The translations under genes were made by a program, and so were the position numbers. From the IMG/VR virus record IMGVR_UViG_3300037634_007270: DNA of 64,000 nt, one strand, 5' to 3'. Below are positions 15,182-26,005 of the stretch, piece after piece. Position 1 is the stretch's first letter. Each line of letters opens with the position of its first letter. The notes below the pieces were generated by a model, which was not told where the DNA came from, made no database searches, and saw nothing but the letters and a program-made list of their open reading frames with translations. This DNA comes from an uncultured virus (IMG/VR IMGVR_UViG_3300037634_007270). Lineage: Duplodnaviria > Heunggongvirae > Uroviricota > Caudoviricetes.

Positions 15182-15491
15182 AGAGGAAGGCGATTTTTAC
15201 AATGTTTTTGTAAAAGTTCCAAAATATAATCGCTCATACGGTAAAAGGAAATTCATCATAGAAACTGATCAGGTTCGTAAAAAAGTCGAATCGATGGGGC
15301 ATGAAATTGCGGAAACAATACAGACTGACTACATTCACAATATAAATGGCTCCACCCGAGGAACTTGGATTTTTAAGAAGAAATTCGAAAAACCACTTGA
15401 CAAACCTGTTGAAAAGGTTATATTAACTAAAGAGAAAACGCCGGCGCCTAAAAAGCGTAAAAGTAGAGCGAAGAAAAAGACAACTAAGTAG
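15165..15491 (+). CDS. hypothetical protein with basic tail
   Basis: GAGG SD; 108 aa. Confidence 0.7.
   Translation: MDIKIEEEGDFYNVFVKVPKYNRSYGKRKFIIETDQVRKKVESMGHEIAETIQTDYIHNINGSTRGTWIFKKKFEKPLDKPVEKVILTKEKTPAPKKRKSRAKKKTTK
15397..15424 (+). promoter_or_regulatory. sigma70-like promoter inside the upstream CDS
   Basis: TTGACA-16 bp-TATATT, ending about 75 nt before the nuclease start. Confidence 0.5.
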
Positions 15492-15500
15492 AGGTGGGTA

Positions 15501-16274
15501 TTGTCACACATTTCCTTTTCGGAAATGAAGATTTGGAACGAATGTTCTTATCGTCATAAGTTAGAGTATCTCGAAGGTCACCGATCCTTCATGGGTAACG
15601 AGTATACTGCATTTGGTTCTTCCATACATGATTTTTGTGAGAACATCTTGGTTGAGGAGATTAATGGAGACCATGAAGTCTACTTTACCAACAAATTTGA
15701 AGATCGGATCCGAACACTCCTGAAAGATGAAGTTGAACTGGATGGAAAACTCTTGCGTCAAATGGAACTTCAAGGGTTCGATCTCCTCCCGGAGATACTT
15801 CCTGGAATAAACGACTATTTTGAGGACGGCTTTGAAGTTCTCAAAACAGAGGAAGAGCTTTACGAGAACATGGAAGACACTGACTATAAGTTCAAGGGCT
15901 TCATAGATCTCGTTGTGAAGACACCAGACGGAAAGATTCACATTATTGACTGGAAGACATGCTCTTGGGGCTGGAACAGAAAACGCCGTTCCGAGCCAAT
16001 GACGACTTACCAGTTAACACTTTATAAAAACTTTTATGCCAAGAAGCACGGCATCGATCCAAAAAACATTGAGACACACTTCGCTCTCCTCAAAAGGACG
16101 GCGAAGAAGGGCAGCAAGGTAGAAATCTTCCGAGTTACAAGTGGCCCAAGGAAGACGAACAGTGCTATGGCACTATTAAACAAGGCAATACAAAATATAG
16201 AAAGCAAGACATGCATTAAAAACCGTCTTTCTTGTAAGTATTGTTCATTTTACAAAACGGAGCATTGCACATGA
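15501..16274 (+). CDS. PD-(D/E)XK RecB/Cas4-like exonuclease
   Basis: GFIDLV...IIDWKT, QLTLY, N-terminal Cys and C-terminal CxxC...C. Confidence 0.88.
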   Translation: MSHISFSEMKIWNECSYRHKLEYLEGHRSFMGNEYTAFGSSIHDFCENILVEEINGDHEVYFTNKFEDRIRTLLKDEVELDGKLLRQMELQGFDLLPEILPGINDYFEDGFEVLKTEEELYENMEDTDYKFKGFIDLVVKTPDGKIHIIDWKTCSWGWNRKRRSEPMTTYQLTLYKNFYAKKHGIDPKNIETHFALLKRTAKKGSKVEIFRVTSGPRKTNSAMALLNKAIQNIESKTCIKNRLSCKYCSFYKTEHCT

Positions 16275-16283
16275 GGAAAGAAA

Positions 16284-17549
16284 ATGTCAGACGATAAGAA
16301 AATTAAGGTTTTTGTGATTGCCGATCACCCCATGGCGCCATCGGGAGTGGGCACGCAAACAAGATACTTCATTCAGTCTTTGTTGGAGACAGGTAAGTTT
16401 AAGTTTATCTGTTTCGGCGGAGCAATCAAACATAATAGTTATGAGCCACAGAAAGTGGAAGGGTTTGAGGATGATTGGGTTGTATATCCAGTGGATGGGT
16501 ATGGGACGCCTGAGATGGTGAGATCTGTGATTTGGAACGAAAAACCTGACATACTATGGTTTATGACAGATCCTAGATTTTTCGGGTGGCTGTGGCAAAT
16601 TGAAAATGAAATAAGAAAAAATATCCCAATGATTTATTACCATGTGTGGGACAATTATCCATATCCCATGTTTAATAAAAAATTCTATGACTCAAACGAT
16701 GTAATCGCGTCCATCTCAAAGGTAACATACGATATAGTTAATAATGTGTCTCCAGATGTGGAAAACCATTATTTACCGCATGCCGTTGATTATGACATCT
16801 TTAAGCCTGTATCCGCTGAGGAAAAAGAAACGCTTAGGCAAAATCATTTTACGGAGGATCCAGATAAGTTTACATTCATTTGGAACAATCGAAATGCCCG
16901 CCGAAAACAAAGTGGTACCTTGATTTGGTGGTTTAATGAGTTCGCTGAAGAAGTGGGCCCTGAAAATGTACGCCTCGTCATGCACACAGATCCAACCGAC
17001 GGCCATGGGCAGGATTTGACAGCGATCATACAGAGAATAGGCGCAGACGATGGAAGGGTTCTAATATCCAACGATAAGGTTCCCCCTGAAGTGTTGGCGC
17101 AAATGTACGCCATGTCAGATTGTACGATTAATATTTCAGACGCGGAAGGTTTTGGGCTGTCAACGCTTGAATCACTTTCGTGCGAAACGCCAATTATTGT
17201 TAATATGACAGGCGGACTACAGGAGCAAGTAACAGATGGCGAAGAATGGTTTGGTATCGGTATTGAGCCGGCTGCAAAATCGATTATTGGTTCCCAAGAG
17301 GTTCCATACATATATGAAGATAGGATCAACAAAGAAGAATTCATTGATGCTCTCAATAAAATGTATAATATGTCTGAAGAAGAAAGAAAAGAGTTAGGTA
17401 AAAAAGGCAGGCAGCATGTGATGAACAATTATAATTTCGAAGAATTTTATAAAAGGTGGCAAGAATTAATGATTGAAATTCATGAAAAACATGGCTCTTG
17501 GGAAAATAGAAAGAACTTTAAAAGCTGGTCTTGTGGAGAAATTGTATGA
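16284..17549 (+). CDS. glycosyltransferase family 4 (GT-B)
   Basis: NRNARRK and SDAEGFGLSTLES motifs. Confidence 0.88.
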   Translation: MSDDKKIKVFVIADHPMAPSGVGTQTRYFIQSLLETGKFKFICFGGAIKHNSYEPQKVEGFEDDWVVYPVDGYGTPEMVRSVIWNEKPDILWFMTDPRFFGWLWQIENEIRKNIPMIYYHVWDNYPYPMFNKKFYDSNDVIASISKVTYDIVNNVSPDVENHYLPHAVDYDIFKPVSAEEKETLRQNHFTEDPDKFTFIWNNRNARRKQSGTLIWWFNEFAEEVGPENVRLVMHTDPTDGHGQDLTAIIQRIGADDGRVLISNDKVPPEVLAQMYAMSDCTINISDAEGFGLSTLESLSCETPIIVNMTGGLQEQVTDGEEWFGIGIEPAAKSIIGSQEVPYIYEDRINKEEFIDALNKMYNMSEEERKELGKKGRQHVMNNYNFEEFYKRWQELMIEIHEKHGSWENRKNFKSWSCGEIV

Positions 17550-19648
17550 AACAGAGAATATTAGTAAGAGGCCCAGTTCTAACGATGTCTGGCTACGGAG
17601 AGCAGGGAAGATTTGCTCTGCGAGCATTAAAGGCTCACAGCGATAAGTTTGAAATATTTATTGTCCCAGTTAATTGGGGAAATACCGGATGGACTTCTGA
17701 CGACACCGCTGAACGCCGGTGGATAGATGAAAGAATTAGAGCCACAGCGCAATATGCAAATGCTGGTGGACAATTTGACATATCTTTGCAAATTACAATT
17801 CCCAATGAATGGGAAAAGATAGCTCCTATTAATATTGGTTATACTGCTGGTATTGAGGTTACGCGGACAACTCCGGAATGGCTTCAGAAATCCAAACTAA
17901 TGGATAAAATCATAGTCGTATCAAACCATTCAAAGAATGTATATGAGCAGAGCGAATATGAAGCAATTGACAAGCGAACAGGAGAGAAAAACCATCTTAC
18001 ATGTGAGTCTCCAATAGAAGTCGTTGGATATCCAGTTAGAAAATGTGATTTAGTAGATTTGGATATTCAATTAGATTATGATTTTAATTACCTTCTGGTA
18101 GCTCAGTGGAGCCCCAGAAAAAATATTGAAAACACTATAAAATGGTTTATTGAAGAAAATATTGATCGTGAAGTTGGGCTGGTAATAAAAACTAATATGC
18201 AAAGCAATTGCAAGATTGATAAAGAATTTACATTAGAAAGATTGCAATCAGTATTAAAAAAGTACCCAGAAAGGGTATGCAAGGTTTATCTTATCCATGG
18301 CGACATGTCAACTGAAGAAATACATTCTTTGTATAGCCATCCAAAAATTAAATGTCTTGTTTCCCTAACTCACGGAGAGGGATTTGGATTGCCGCTCTTC
18401 GAAGCGGCATATAATGGCTTGCCCATTATTACTTCCGGCTGGTCTGGGCAGTGTGATTTTCTTTATGCCCCTCCGCCACCCAAAGCCAAAAAGAAAAAGA
18501 ACAAAAAGAATAAGCTGCAACCGTACTTTGCAGAAGTTGAATATCTCATTGGCCAAATTCCGCAAGAAGCAGCTTGGGAGGGAGTAATTGATAAAGATTC
18601 TGGGTGGTGCTACCCTCAAGAAGGATCTTATAAAATGCGTCTTCGACAAGTTTACAATTACTATGACAAATGGAAAAAGAAGGCAAACTATCTCCAATCC
18701 TGGATACTAAAGAACTTCGAAGAGAAAAAAATTAATAATCAATTCGTTGATGCTATGATGAGGGATATTAATGTAGAAGCAACGGAATATGTCTTCGTTA
18801 GCGATGTTTTTCACCACCAGTACACCGGCGGCGCGGAATTAAGCCTAAAGACTCTAATTGAGACATGCCCATCGCCACCTACGCTAGTAAATTCGGCAAT
18901 GATCGACGATGATTTCATCGAGCATTATAAAGATAGTAAGTGGATTTTTGGCAATATGACGAATGTTAATCCGGATATTTTATCTTCAATTATAGATAAA
19001 AAACTTGATTATGTCTTTATAGAATTTGATTATAAGTTTTGCAAGCATCGTAACCCCATTCTTTATAATTTTATGGAAAATGAAGAGTGTGATTATGCCT
19101 CTACTAAATTGGGCAAATTAATATCCAATTTTGTTTGCAATTCTAGAGCAACTTTCTTTATGTCAGAGACTCAAAGAGATATATATTTCCAACAATTACC
19201 TGACACCAGGGATTCCAATACTCACATCTTGTCTTCCTTGTTCGATGATGGGTTTTTTGAAAGAATCGAATTGCTAAAAAATAAATATGACACTTCTGAG
19301 AGAAATGATAATTGGATTGTCTTGGGATCAAATAGCTGGGTAAAGGGAGCCATTCAATCGGAAGAGTGGTGTAAAGACAATAATGTCGAACATGAGGTTG
19401 TTTTTGGGATTGAATATGATCAATTTCTTAAGAAATTGGCGCAATCTAAGGGCCTTTGCTCTATGCCAGCAGGATATGATACTTGTCCTAGACTTGTTAT
19501 TGAAGCAAAGCTTTTGAATTGTGAGTTGCAATTAAATGAGCATGTTCAACATCGAGACGAAGATTGGTTTAATAAGCCGAACGATGAGATCGTGAAGTAT
19601 CTAAGAACTAGGAAAGACTATTTCTGGATGCACGCCTTCAATGACTAA
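17546..19648 (+). CDS. two-module GT-B glycosyltransferase fusion
   Basis: First module has SGYG, RKN and HGEGFGLPLFEA; second has GGAELS and DTCPRLVIEA. Confidence 0.82.
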   Translation: MKQRILVRGPVLTMSGYGEQGRFALRALKAHSDKFEIFIVPVNWGNTGWTSDDTAERRWIDERIRATAQYANAGGQFDISLQITIPNEWEKIAPINIGYTAGIEVTRTTPEWLQKSKLMDKIIVVSNHSKNVYEQSEYEAIDKRTGEKNHLTCESPIEVVGYPVRKCDLVDLDIQLDYDFNYLLVAQWSPRKNIENTIKWFIEENIDREVGLVIKTNMQSNCKIDKEFTLERLQSVLKKYPERVCKVYLIHGDMSTEEIHSLYSHPKIKCLVSLTHGEGFGLPLFEAAYNGLPIITSGWSGQCDFLYAPPPPKAKKKKNKKNKLQPYFAEVEYLIGQIPQEAAWEGVIDKDSGWCYPQEGSYKMRLRQVYNYYDKWKKKANYLQSWILKNFEEKKINNQFVDAMMRDINVEATEYVFVSDVFHHQYTGGAELSLKTLIETCPSPPTLVNSAMIDDDFIEHYKDSKWIFGNMTNVNPDILSSIIDKKLDYVFIEFDYKFCKHRNPILYNFMENEECDYASTKLGKLISNFVCNSRATFFMSETQRDIYFQQLPDTRDSNTHILSSLFDDGFFERIELLKNKYDTSERNDNWIVLGSNSWVKGAIQSEEWCKDNNVEHEVVFGIEYDQFLKKLAQSKGLCSMPAGYDTCPRLVIEAKLLNCELQLNEHVQHRDEDWFNKPNDEIVKYLRTRKDYFWMHAFND

Positions 19649-20390
19649 TCATTTTACAATCATTATACCGTCATATAACAACGAGCAGTGGGCAAAGAAA
19701 TGTCTTGCCTCTGCCCTTGGCCAAGATTATAACAATTATGATGTGGTATATATTGATGATTGCTCTACAGATGAGACTGCTACAGTTGTACAGCAAATAA
19801 TAAAAGAAACAGAAACACTAGCAGATGTCAAGGTTGTCAGCAACGAAGTAAATCGAAAAGCATTATATAACCTTTATCATCAAATTCGAGATGCCAAGAA
19901 AGGTACTATTATTGTCACTCTTGACGGCGATGACTGGCTCCTAAACGATGGTGTCTTAAGCGCTCTCAATAAGATATATGATTCAGAAGATATCTGGATG
20001 ACTGCTGGTTCTTATATTGATAATGTCGCCGGCACGATAAGTTGCCCAAGTATTGGCGACAGGTACTGGGCTGGCAACATTCGAATGAAGCCGTGGACGA
20101 TGTCACATCTCCGAACATTCCGCAGAGAATTGTTTATGAAAATAAAATATGAAGATCTTATGGATAATGATGATTACTTTTATAAGTGTACATTTGATCA
20201 AGCCATGATGTACCCAATGGCAGAAATGTCCGGCCCAAATCATTTCCGAGAGATTAAACAAATAATGTATATCTACAACAGGCAAAATCCCATTTCAGTT
20301 GACAGAGTGCATCGACAGGATCAGCTTCGAATTGAAAACCAAATCAGATTTAAGGATCCATACGAAAGACTGGAGAGCTTAGGTGACTGA
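19641..20390 (+). CDS. glycosyltransferase family 2
   Basis: IIIPSYN, IDDCSTD and LDGDD motifs. Confidence 0.88.
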   Translation: MTNHFTIIIPSYNNEQWAKKCLASALGQDYNNYDVVYIDDCSTDETATVVQQIIKETETLADVKVVSNEVNRKALYNLYHQIRDAKKGTIIVTLDGDDWLLNDGVLSALNKIYDSEDIWMTAGSYIDNVAGTISCPSIGDRYWAGNIRMKPWTMSHLRTFRRELFMKIKYEDLMDNDDYFYKCTFDQAMMYPMAEMSGPNHFREIKQIMYIYNRQNPISVDRVHRQDQLRIENQIRFKDPYERLESLGD

Positions 20391-21003
20391 GGGCTATTGC
20401 ATATATGACGGGTATGTTTCGAGAAAAGAATTCGTCACATGTGAGCAGACTACCCACACGGATCAATTTCAGGACGAGGTTTATGAGGCTGCTCGCAAGT
20501 TGTGCGTGGAAAAGAATTATAAGACAGTGTTAGATATTGGATGTGGATCCGCATTTAAGCTTGTAAAGTATTTTAGGGACAAAAAATTTGTTGGCTTAGA
20601 TTTAGAGCCTAACTTGTCGTTTATCAAGGATAAGTATCCTCTATATGATTTCAGGGAATCGGATTTCAACAGCCCGCCGAAAGAAAGTTTTGACTTGATT
20701 ATCTGTTCGGATGTCATTGAGCACCTATTAAATCCCGATGATTTACTGGCATTTATATGCCAAATAGACTTTAAGCATCTCGTTTTATCTACTCCGGAGA
20801 GAGGAGAGATTCAGAAGCTGCAAAGGAGTTTTGGGTGGGATGTTGAGACAAACGGTCCTCCGCGCAATCTTATGCACATTAGAGAGTGGTCGTTTGATGA
20901 GCTTAGAGAATACCTCTCGCAGTCATTTGAAATAGAGTCACAATTTATGACACCGAAACAAGTTGAGTGCCAAGTAGTAATTGCTACGCCGAAGAGCGTA
21001 TAA
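20383..21003 (+). CDS. class I SAM-dependent methyltransferase
   Basis: VLDIGCGS and FDLIICSDVIEHL motifs. Confidence 0.88.
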   Translation: MTEGYCIYDGYVSRKEFVTCEQTTHTDQFQDEVYEAARKLCVEKNYKTVLDIGCGSAFKLVKYFRDKKFVGLDLEPNLSFIKDKYPLYDFRESDFNSPPKESFDLIICSDVIEHLLNPDDLLAFICQIDFKHLVLSTPERGEIQKLQRSFGWDVETNGPPRNLMHIREWSFDELREYLSQSFEIESQFMTPKQVECQVVIATPKSV

Positions 21004-21929
21004 TGAATATTCTATTAGATAATGTAAACATATCTTCCACCTCGGGCCCAAACCACTTCGGAACAAAGCTAATCAAGTACCTTGACAGGAGGGGGAATAA
21101 ATGTATGTTGCCACCACAAGAAGGCGCCGACATAAAGCTGACATTCATAGAATCTAATCAAATTGTTAAGACAGGACCGATGGTTCTGCGACTGGACGGG
21201 ATTTACTTTGATCCAGATCAGAATTATAAATTAAGAAATGGAAATATATTTCGCTCTTATGGACAGGCAGACGGCGTAGTATTTCAATCAGAATTTAACA
21301 GAGACATCTCTTTTAAATATTTTGGCGAGCACCCAAACCACACAGTGATTAATAACGGGGCTGATATGGAATATATGAACTCAGTCATGCCACTAGCACA
21401 TCCAAGGCTGGATAGTTTTGAAACAGTCTGGTGCTGCGCATCAACCTGGCGAAGATGGAAGAGACTCAGGGAAAACATAAGATATTTTTTGGAACATTCT
21501 AGTCCAAAAGATTGTTTAGTCGTTGCTGGACATGTCGACTCCAAAGAAACAGTAATCCATGATAGAATCTTTTTTGTGGGTGATATTGATGTCCAAAACT
21601 TATATGCTTTATATAAAAGGTCCAAATATCTTGTCCACTTGGCGCGCTATGATTCTTGTCCTAATGTTGTAGTCGACGCAAGAGCCGCTGGCTGTCAGGT
21701 GATTTGCTCTTCTATTGCGGGAACCAAAGAAGTAGCTGGGCTAGATGCTATCGTAATTTATGAAGATCCGTGGGATTATAGTCCAGTTAGTACCACAAGT
21801 TTGCCTGAAATTTCATTTGACAAAACCATAGAAAACGGTTATAATACTAATATTGACATGGTTGATGTGTCTAAGAGATACGAAGAGTTTTTAAAGGAGA
21901 CGCTAGATGCTAGTACAAAAACAAATTGA
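21003..21929 (+). CDS. glycosyltransferase family 4-like
   Basis: WKRL and DSCPNVVVDARAAG motifs. Confidence 0.8.
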   Translation: MNILLDNVNISSTSGPNHFGTKLIKYLDRRGNKCMLPPQEGADIKLTFIESNQIVKTGPMVLRLDGIYFDPDQNYKLRNGNIFRSYGQADGVVFQSEFNRDISFKYFGEHPNHTVINNGADMEYMNSVMPLAHPRLDSFETVWCCASTWRRWKRLRENIRYFLEHSSPKDCLVVAGHVDSKETVIHDRIFFVGDIDVQNLYALYKRSKYLVHLARYDSCPNVVVDARAAGCQVICSSIAGTKEVAGLDAIVIYEDPWDYSPVSTTSLPEISFDKTIENGYNTNIDMVDVSKRYEEFLKETLDASTKTN

Positions 21930-22749
21930 CGACTTCAAGATGAATTTGAATATAAACGACGGAGGAATCTCCAGCGTCCTGTATTATGAAGGGGGAAGAG
22001 AAAAGGCATTTATGTCTTTGCTCAACGAAACAGTCCAAGAAGGCATGACATGTCTTGACTTGGGAGGCAATATTGGCTATACAACTTTACCTATGCTCCG
22101 AAATGTGGGCACAGAAGGGTTTGTGTACGCCGTAGAGCCCGATTCACAAAGTATTGGTATCCTGCGTAAGAATGTCGAAGACAACAACTATAGCGACCGC
22201 TGTGAAGTAACACAGTGCGCTATCTCTGGGCATGATGGTATTGAAATCTTCTGGGAGGCATCAAAGCCAAACCTAAGCAGCGTCAAGAAAAACAAGTATA
22301 GTACGACTAAAAAGGAAGTGCCTTGCTTCTCACTTAATACTTTCTTGCAAGACCGTCGCTATCCTAACTTCATCAAAATGGATGTTGAGGGTCATGAGGT
22401 TAAAATCTTTGAAGGAGGCCTTGATTACTTTACCAAGAACGAAGGACATACTAATATTCTTCTTGAGGTGCACCCGAATACATACGACAAGGACAACGAT
22501 TTTGAAAAGATTCTTAGAGAATACTTTAAGCTAGGGTTTAACAGTAAGTGGGCAATCGCAACGCCGATCCCCCAGCCGGCTTTATTTAAGTTGGCTGGCT
22601 ATGAGCCAGTTAGGACAATTCAGACAGACGGCTTTCACCGAGGCATGTACAACAATGTCAGCAATGATCACCTTGCTAAATTTGCCTGCCACGAACACCT
22701 CGATTCAGGAAGCCGTAAGATTGTTCGAAGCTTTATGATTTCGAGGTAA
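21907..22749 (+). CDS. FkbM-family methyltransferase
   Basis: LDLGGNIGY, AVEP and IKMDVEGHE motifs. Confidence 0.88.
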   Translation: MLVQKQIDDFKMNLNINDGGISSVLYYEGGREKAFMSLLNETVQEGMTCLDLGGNIGYTTLPMLRNVGTEGFVYAVEPDSQSIGILRKNVEDNNYSDRCEVTQCAISGHDGIEIFWEASKPNLSSVKKNKYSTTKKEVPCFSLNTFLQDRRYPNFIKMDVEGHEVKIFEGGLDYFTKNEGHTNILLEVHPNTYDKDNDFEKILREYFKLGFNSKWAIATPIPQPALFKLAGYEPVRTIQTDGFHRGMYNNVSNDHLAKFACHEHLDSGSRKIVRSFMISR

Positions 22750-22751
22750 AG

Positions 22752-23576
22752 GTGCCGAATATTAATTTTATTTGCAAAGACACGATACTAGTTTCCTACC
22801 CAAAGTCAGGGCGCACTTGGCTAAGGATGATGCTAGCAAAGGTATTAAAAGATGCCGGCATTGATACAGATAGAAGCGAGATGATATTATGCACTCACAA
22901 GAATTGTGGTGATATTTTTAAAGACTATGGAAAAGAGAAAAGGATAGTCTTGTTGATCCGCGATCCCGGCGATGTGGTGGTATCCCAATTTCGTGAACTG
23001 CAAGCTAATAAGCCGTGGAGACTATCAAACGCGCCCACAATTTCTAGATTTATAAGAGGTATACATATAATAGAAGAAAGTAGCTCTGGCACTGCCGGCA
23101 TCCCAAGGGCAAAGGATGGAGTCAGGCGCACTGGCATTAATGAAATAATTGAATATATGAACGAATGGTTTGTAGACTTAAGAAGTGTTAAGGAATATAA
23201 AATCATAACATATGAAGAAATGAAGAAAAATCCATTTTCTGCATTAAAAGAGGTTGTAGAGTTTATAGGCTATGCATGCGACGATGAGCACATAAGAGCC
23301 GCTGTCGAGTATGGCTCCTTTTTAAATATGAAAAAAATAGAGGAAGAATTGGTTGAAAGCTCTAACGGCTTAGGGCTGCCCCACAGTGAATCAAACCTTC
23401 TTAGAAAATATAAAGGAAATTTTGGCAAAGAAAAACAACCTACTAGAGTTAGAAGAGGAAAAGTTCGTGGCTATTTGGATGAATTAAACGAAAACGATAT
23501 TGCATATATTAATGACGCAAAAAAATACCTGCTTCATTTACCATTAGAATTAACAGTAAGAGGGGTTAAATATTAG
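22752..23576 (+). CDS. PAPS-dependent sulfotransferase
   Basis: 5'-PSB SYPKSGRTW, 3'-PB RDPGDVVVS and RRGKV. Confidence 0.85.
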   Translation: MPNINFICKDTILVSYPKSGRTWLRMMLAKVLKDAGIDTDRSEMILCTHKNCGDIFKDYGKEKRIVLLIRDPGDVVVSQFRELQANKPWRLSNAPTISRFIRGIHIIEESSSGTAGIPRAKDGVRRTGINEIIEYMNEWFVDLRSVKEYKIITYEEMKKNPFSALKEVVEFIGYACDDEHIRAAVEYGSFLNMKKIEEELVESSNGLGLPHSESNLLRKYKGNFGKEKQPTRVRRGKVRGYLDELNENDIAYINDAKKYLLHLPLELTVRGVKY

Positions 23577-24260
23577 ATGTACTTTCCAAAAAACTTAAAT
23601 GACTTCGGCGTCATCCTTAAGGGCGCAAGCATAGCTAGATTACCACAAGTATCAGACAAGTTTGAACATTGTTATATGGTTAACAACTTCGACAGAAATG
23701 TGAACAACAACGATTCAGAGTATTCTATTGTTGAGCCAGAACTGAGGGGCAAGCAGATAGTTCACTTTGTAAATCGATTAGATACCGCCCCCTTGTTGCC
23801 CGAACACTACAAAGAGCTTGGCATTCAAGAGATACAGTTTACTAAATGTGAGCTAGACCATATGATATTGGGCATGAGGCGCCTCTATGAGAGCTATGGG
23901 CTGCAATGCCACATGCTGCCAGAAGAGCTACTTGGATACAACGATTTCTTCCAAGGTGTGGGAAATTACGCCAAAAAGCACCCAAATACTGGTGTTTTAG
24001 CCATCATTTATGCCGCTCACATGCTAAAGCCCAAGAATTTGTGGGTTGTTGGGCTTGACTTCTACCAGAACGATTACCTTTTCCGCCGTCCTTGGCAAGC
24101 TCCATTGAAACAGCAGAAGGCTAAAATGGATAGAACGAACATGGTTGAGCATTTTATCGATGTGGTAAAACGCAATCCTGATGTTAATTTTAAGATGATT
24201 ACAAATGCTGTATTACCGGAAGTAGAGAACTTGGAGATTGTTTGTGCCAACTTACCTTGA
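23577..24260 (+). CDS. GT29/Maf-like transferase, divergent
   Basis: ILKGASI, PNTGVLAI and VVGLDFY resemble sialyltransferase-fold motifs. Confidence 0.45.
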   Translation: MYFPKNLNDFGVILKGASIARLPQVSDKFEHCYMVNNFDRNVNNNDSEYSIVEPELRGKQIVHFVNRLDTAPLLPEHYKELGIQEIQFTKCELDHMILGMRRLYESYGLQCHMLPEELLGYNDFFQGVGNYAKKHPNTGVLAIIYAAHMLKPKNLWVVGLDFYQNDYLFRRPWQAPLKQQKAKMDRTNMVEHFIDVVKRNPDVNFKMITNAVLPEVENLEIVCANLP

Positions 24261-25056
24261 TGGAAGTTTAGTTTTTATACACATACCTAAATGTGCCGGC
24301 AAGAGTGTCCGTCACTCACTAAAGCAATGCCAACTCTCCGCGCAACCTGAAAGTCGTGGTGAACCACTAGTGTATAGGTGGCACGAAAGCCTCTCGGAGG
24401 TGCATGCATTGTTTCGGGAAAAATGGAATAAAGAAAAATTTGAACAAGCTACGATAATTGCTACAATTAGGCACCCTATCGAAAGAGCAGTATCTTATTG
24501 GAAATACACAAAAAGAATAAATATGTTGAACTTTCATAATCATGATATCGCAAGAAAGATAAAATCTGATGCACCAAAACTAAACTTTAGGAATGTCGTT
24601 GTTCCGTACTTTGCCCCTGAAGATAGTCGATCACGCGATACAATTGTTGCGTGTGAACACTGCACTAATTATGAATATGTTAAACAATTTGATTCTTTGA
24701 GTTTTGATGATTATGTTAGTAGCCTGACAGAGTGGAAAACAGATGGATGTAATTATGTAAATTGTCCATATCATATGCTTGAGCCACAAGTACTCTGGCT
24801 GCGCGATGTAAATGGAGATATAAAAATGGACAAACTAAGTCTTTTTCTTGTGGAAAATCTAAACGAGATAGAATCGCTCGTACCAGAGGCGGGTAAAATA
24901 TCAAATCAGTTAGCATATTTTGAAACAAAACAAAGTGAAAACCACACAGAGCATCTGACGACAAAATCCCTAAAAATACTTAAGAATCTTTACGCAGATG
25001 ATTTTAAGCTGTATAAAACGCTTAAAACCAACAATTTGGAAGCCGTCAATGCATGA
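24244..25056 (+). CDS. sulfotransferase family 2-like protein
   Basis: FIHIPKCAGKS, RHPIERAVSYW and LYADDF motifs. Confidence 0.8.
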   Translation: MPTYLDGSLVFIHIPKCAGKSVRHSLKQCQLSAQPESRGEPLVYRWHESLSEVHALFREKWNKEKFEQATIIATIRHPIERAVSYWKYTKRINMLNFHNHDIARKIKSDAPKLNFRNVVVPYFAPEDSRSRDTIVACEHCTNYEYVKQFDSLSFDDYVSSLTEWKTDGCNYVNCPYHMLEPQVLWLRDVNGDIKMDKLSLFLVENLNEIESLVPEAGKISNQLAYFETKQSENHTEHLTTKSLKILKNLYADDFKLYKTLKTNNLEAVNA

Positions 25057-26005
25057 GCAGATTTTCATATCTGGTGTCTGGTGGTCAGGGGCTTACATAG
25101 TCGCTGATATAGCCAATATGAATGGCTACGATCTGGGCAGAAGATTAAACTCAAGAAACGATAATGTATTTGCTTGGAAGTCAGGCCCTTTTTATTCCAT
25201 GGATGGAAATTGTAGCCCTGGCAGTATTCAAGATATTTTAGAGACAAAGTGGCCTTTCGATTCAGTAAAAGAAGAAGACAGCATAAATTTTCGAAATCGT
25301 GTTATACAAGCAAGATCCCCTAATGAGCCTAAACATAACTGCTGTAAGCTTTCAACACTAAGCCTGATGACGCCGCTGATAAAACACAGCTTTAAAGACG
25401 CACCAATAATAACTGTAATTAGAAACGGAATAGACATATCTATATACGAGTCCGATAACTATTTCTTGCGATTGCTTATGCAAGACAGAGCGCGCCGCGG
25501 CACTACTTTAAACGACATAGACTTTGTAAGTGCGATTGGGCATCTATTTACGGCAATTGGAGATCTGAGGTGGAAGATCCAGCCTGTTTCAGATATCGGG
25601 TGGAATTTCCAATCTAGAGTAAAGCCTGTACTTTGGAATGCACTGTATAGCTTGCGATGGGCTATGATGCTTGATAGGCTCAATTTGGATATCCAAAAGC
25701 ACAATATACAAAATCATCATGTGATAAAGTTTGAGAGCTTAGTATCACAGGATCCCGAAGAAATTGAAAAACTCCAGTCTGTCTTAGGTATCTCCGGCAA
25801 ACTTATAATGCCGCCCCTCCCCAAAGAGGAAGTTTTTAAATATCGCACTTCCATCTTGCCAGCCCTTGATAATGACGACGAATCAACTAGAAACGGTGCA
25901 GCTAGAATTCTTAAAATAGTGTATGAGATATGCAAGCCTTATTTGGAAAAATTTGAATATACGGAAACGATTGATCTTTTTGAGAATTTGGAGGCAATAA
26001 AATGA
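25049..26005 (+). CDS. divergent sulfotransferase-fold protein
   Basis: IFISGVWWSGA (degenerate PSB loop), VIRNGID and IKFESLV. Confidence 0.5.
   Translation: MHEQIFISGVWWSGAYIVADIANMNGYDLGRRLNSRNDNVFAWKSGPFYSMDGNCSPGSIQDILETKWPFDSVKEEDSINFRNRVIQARSPNEPKHNCCKLSTLSLMTPLIKHSFKDAPIITVIRNGIDISIYESDNYFLRLLMQDRARRGTTLNDIDFVSAIGHLFTAIGDLRWKIQPVSDIGWNFQSRVKPVLWNALYSLRWAMMLDRLNLDIQKHNIQNHHVIKFESLVSQDPEEIEKLQSVLGISGKLIMPPLPKEEVFKYRTSILPALDNDDESTRNGAARILKIVYEICKPYLEKFEYTETIDLFENLEAIK

Noticed and set aside
15501..16274. Cas4 as evidence for CRISPR-Cas
   Set aside because: It is a stand-alone PD-(D/E)XK nuclease of a kind common in phages; there is no array or other cas gene.
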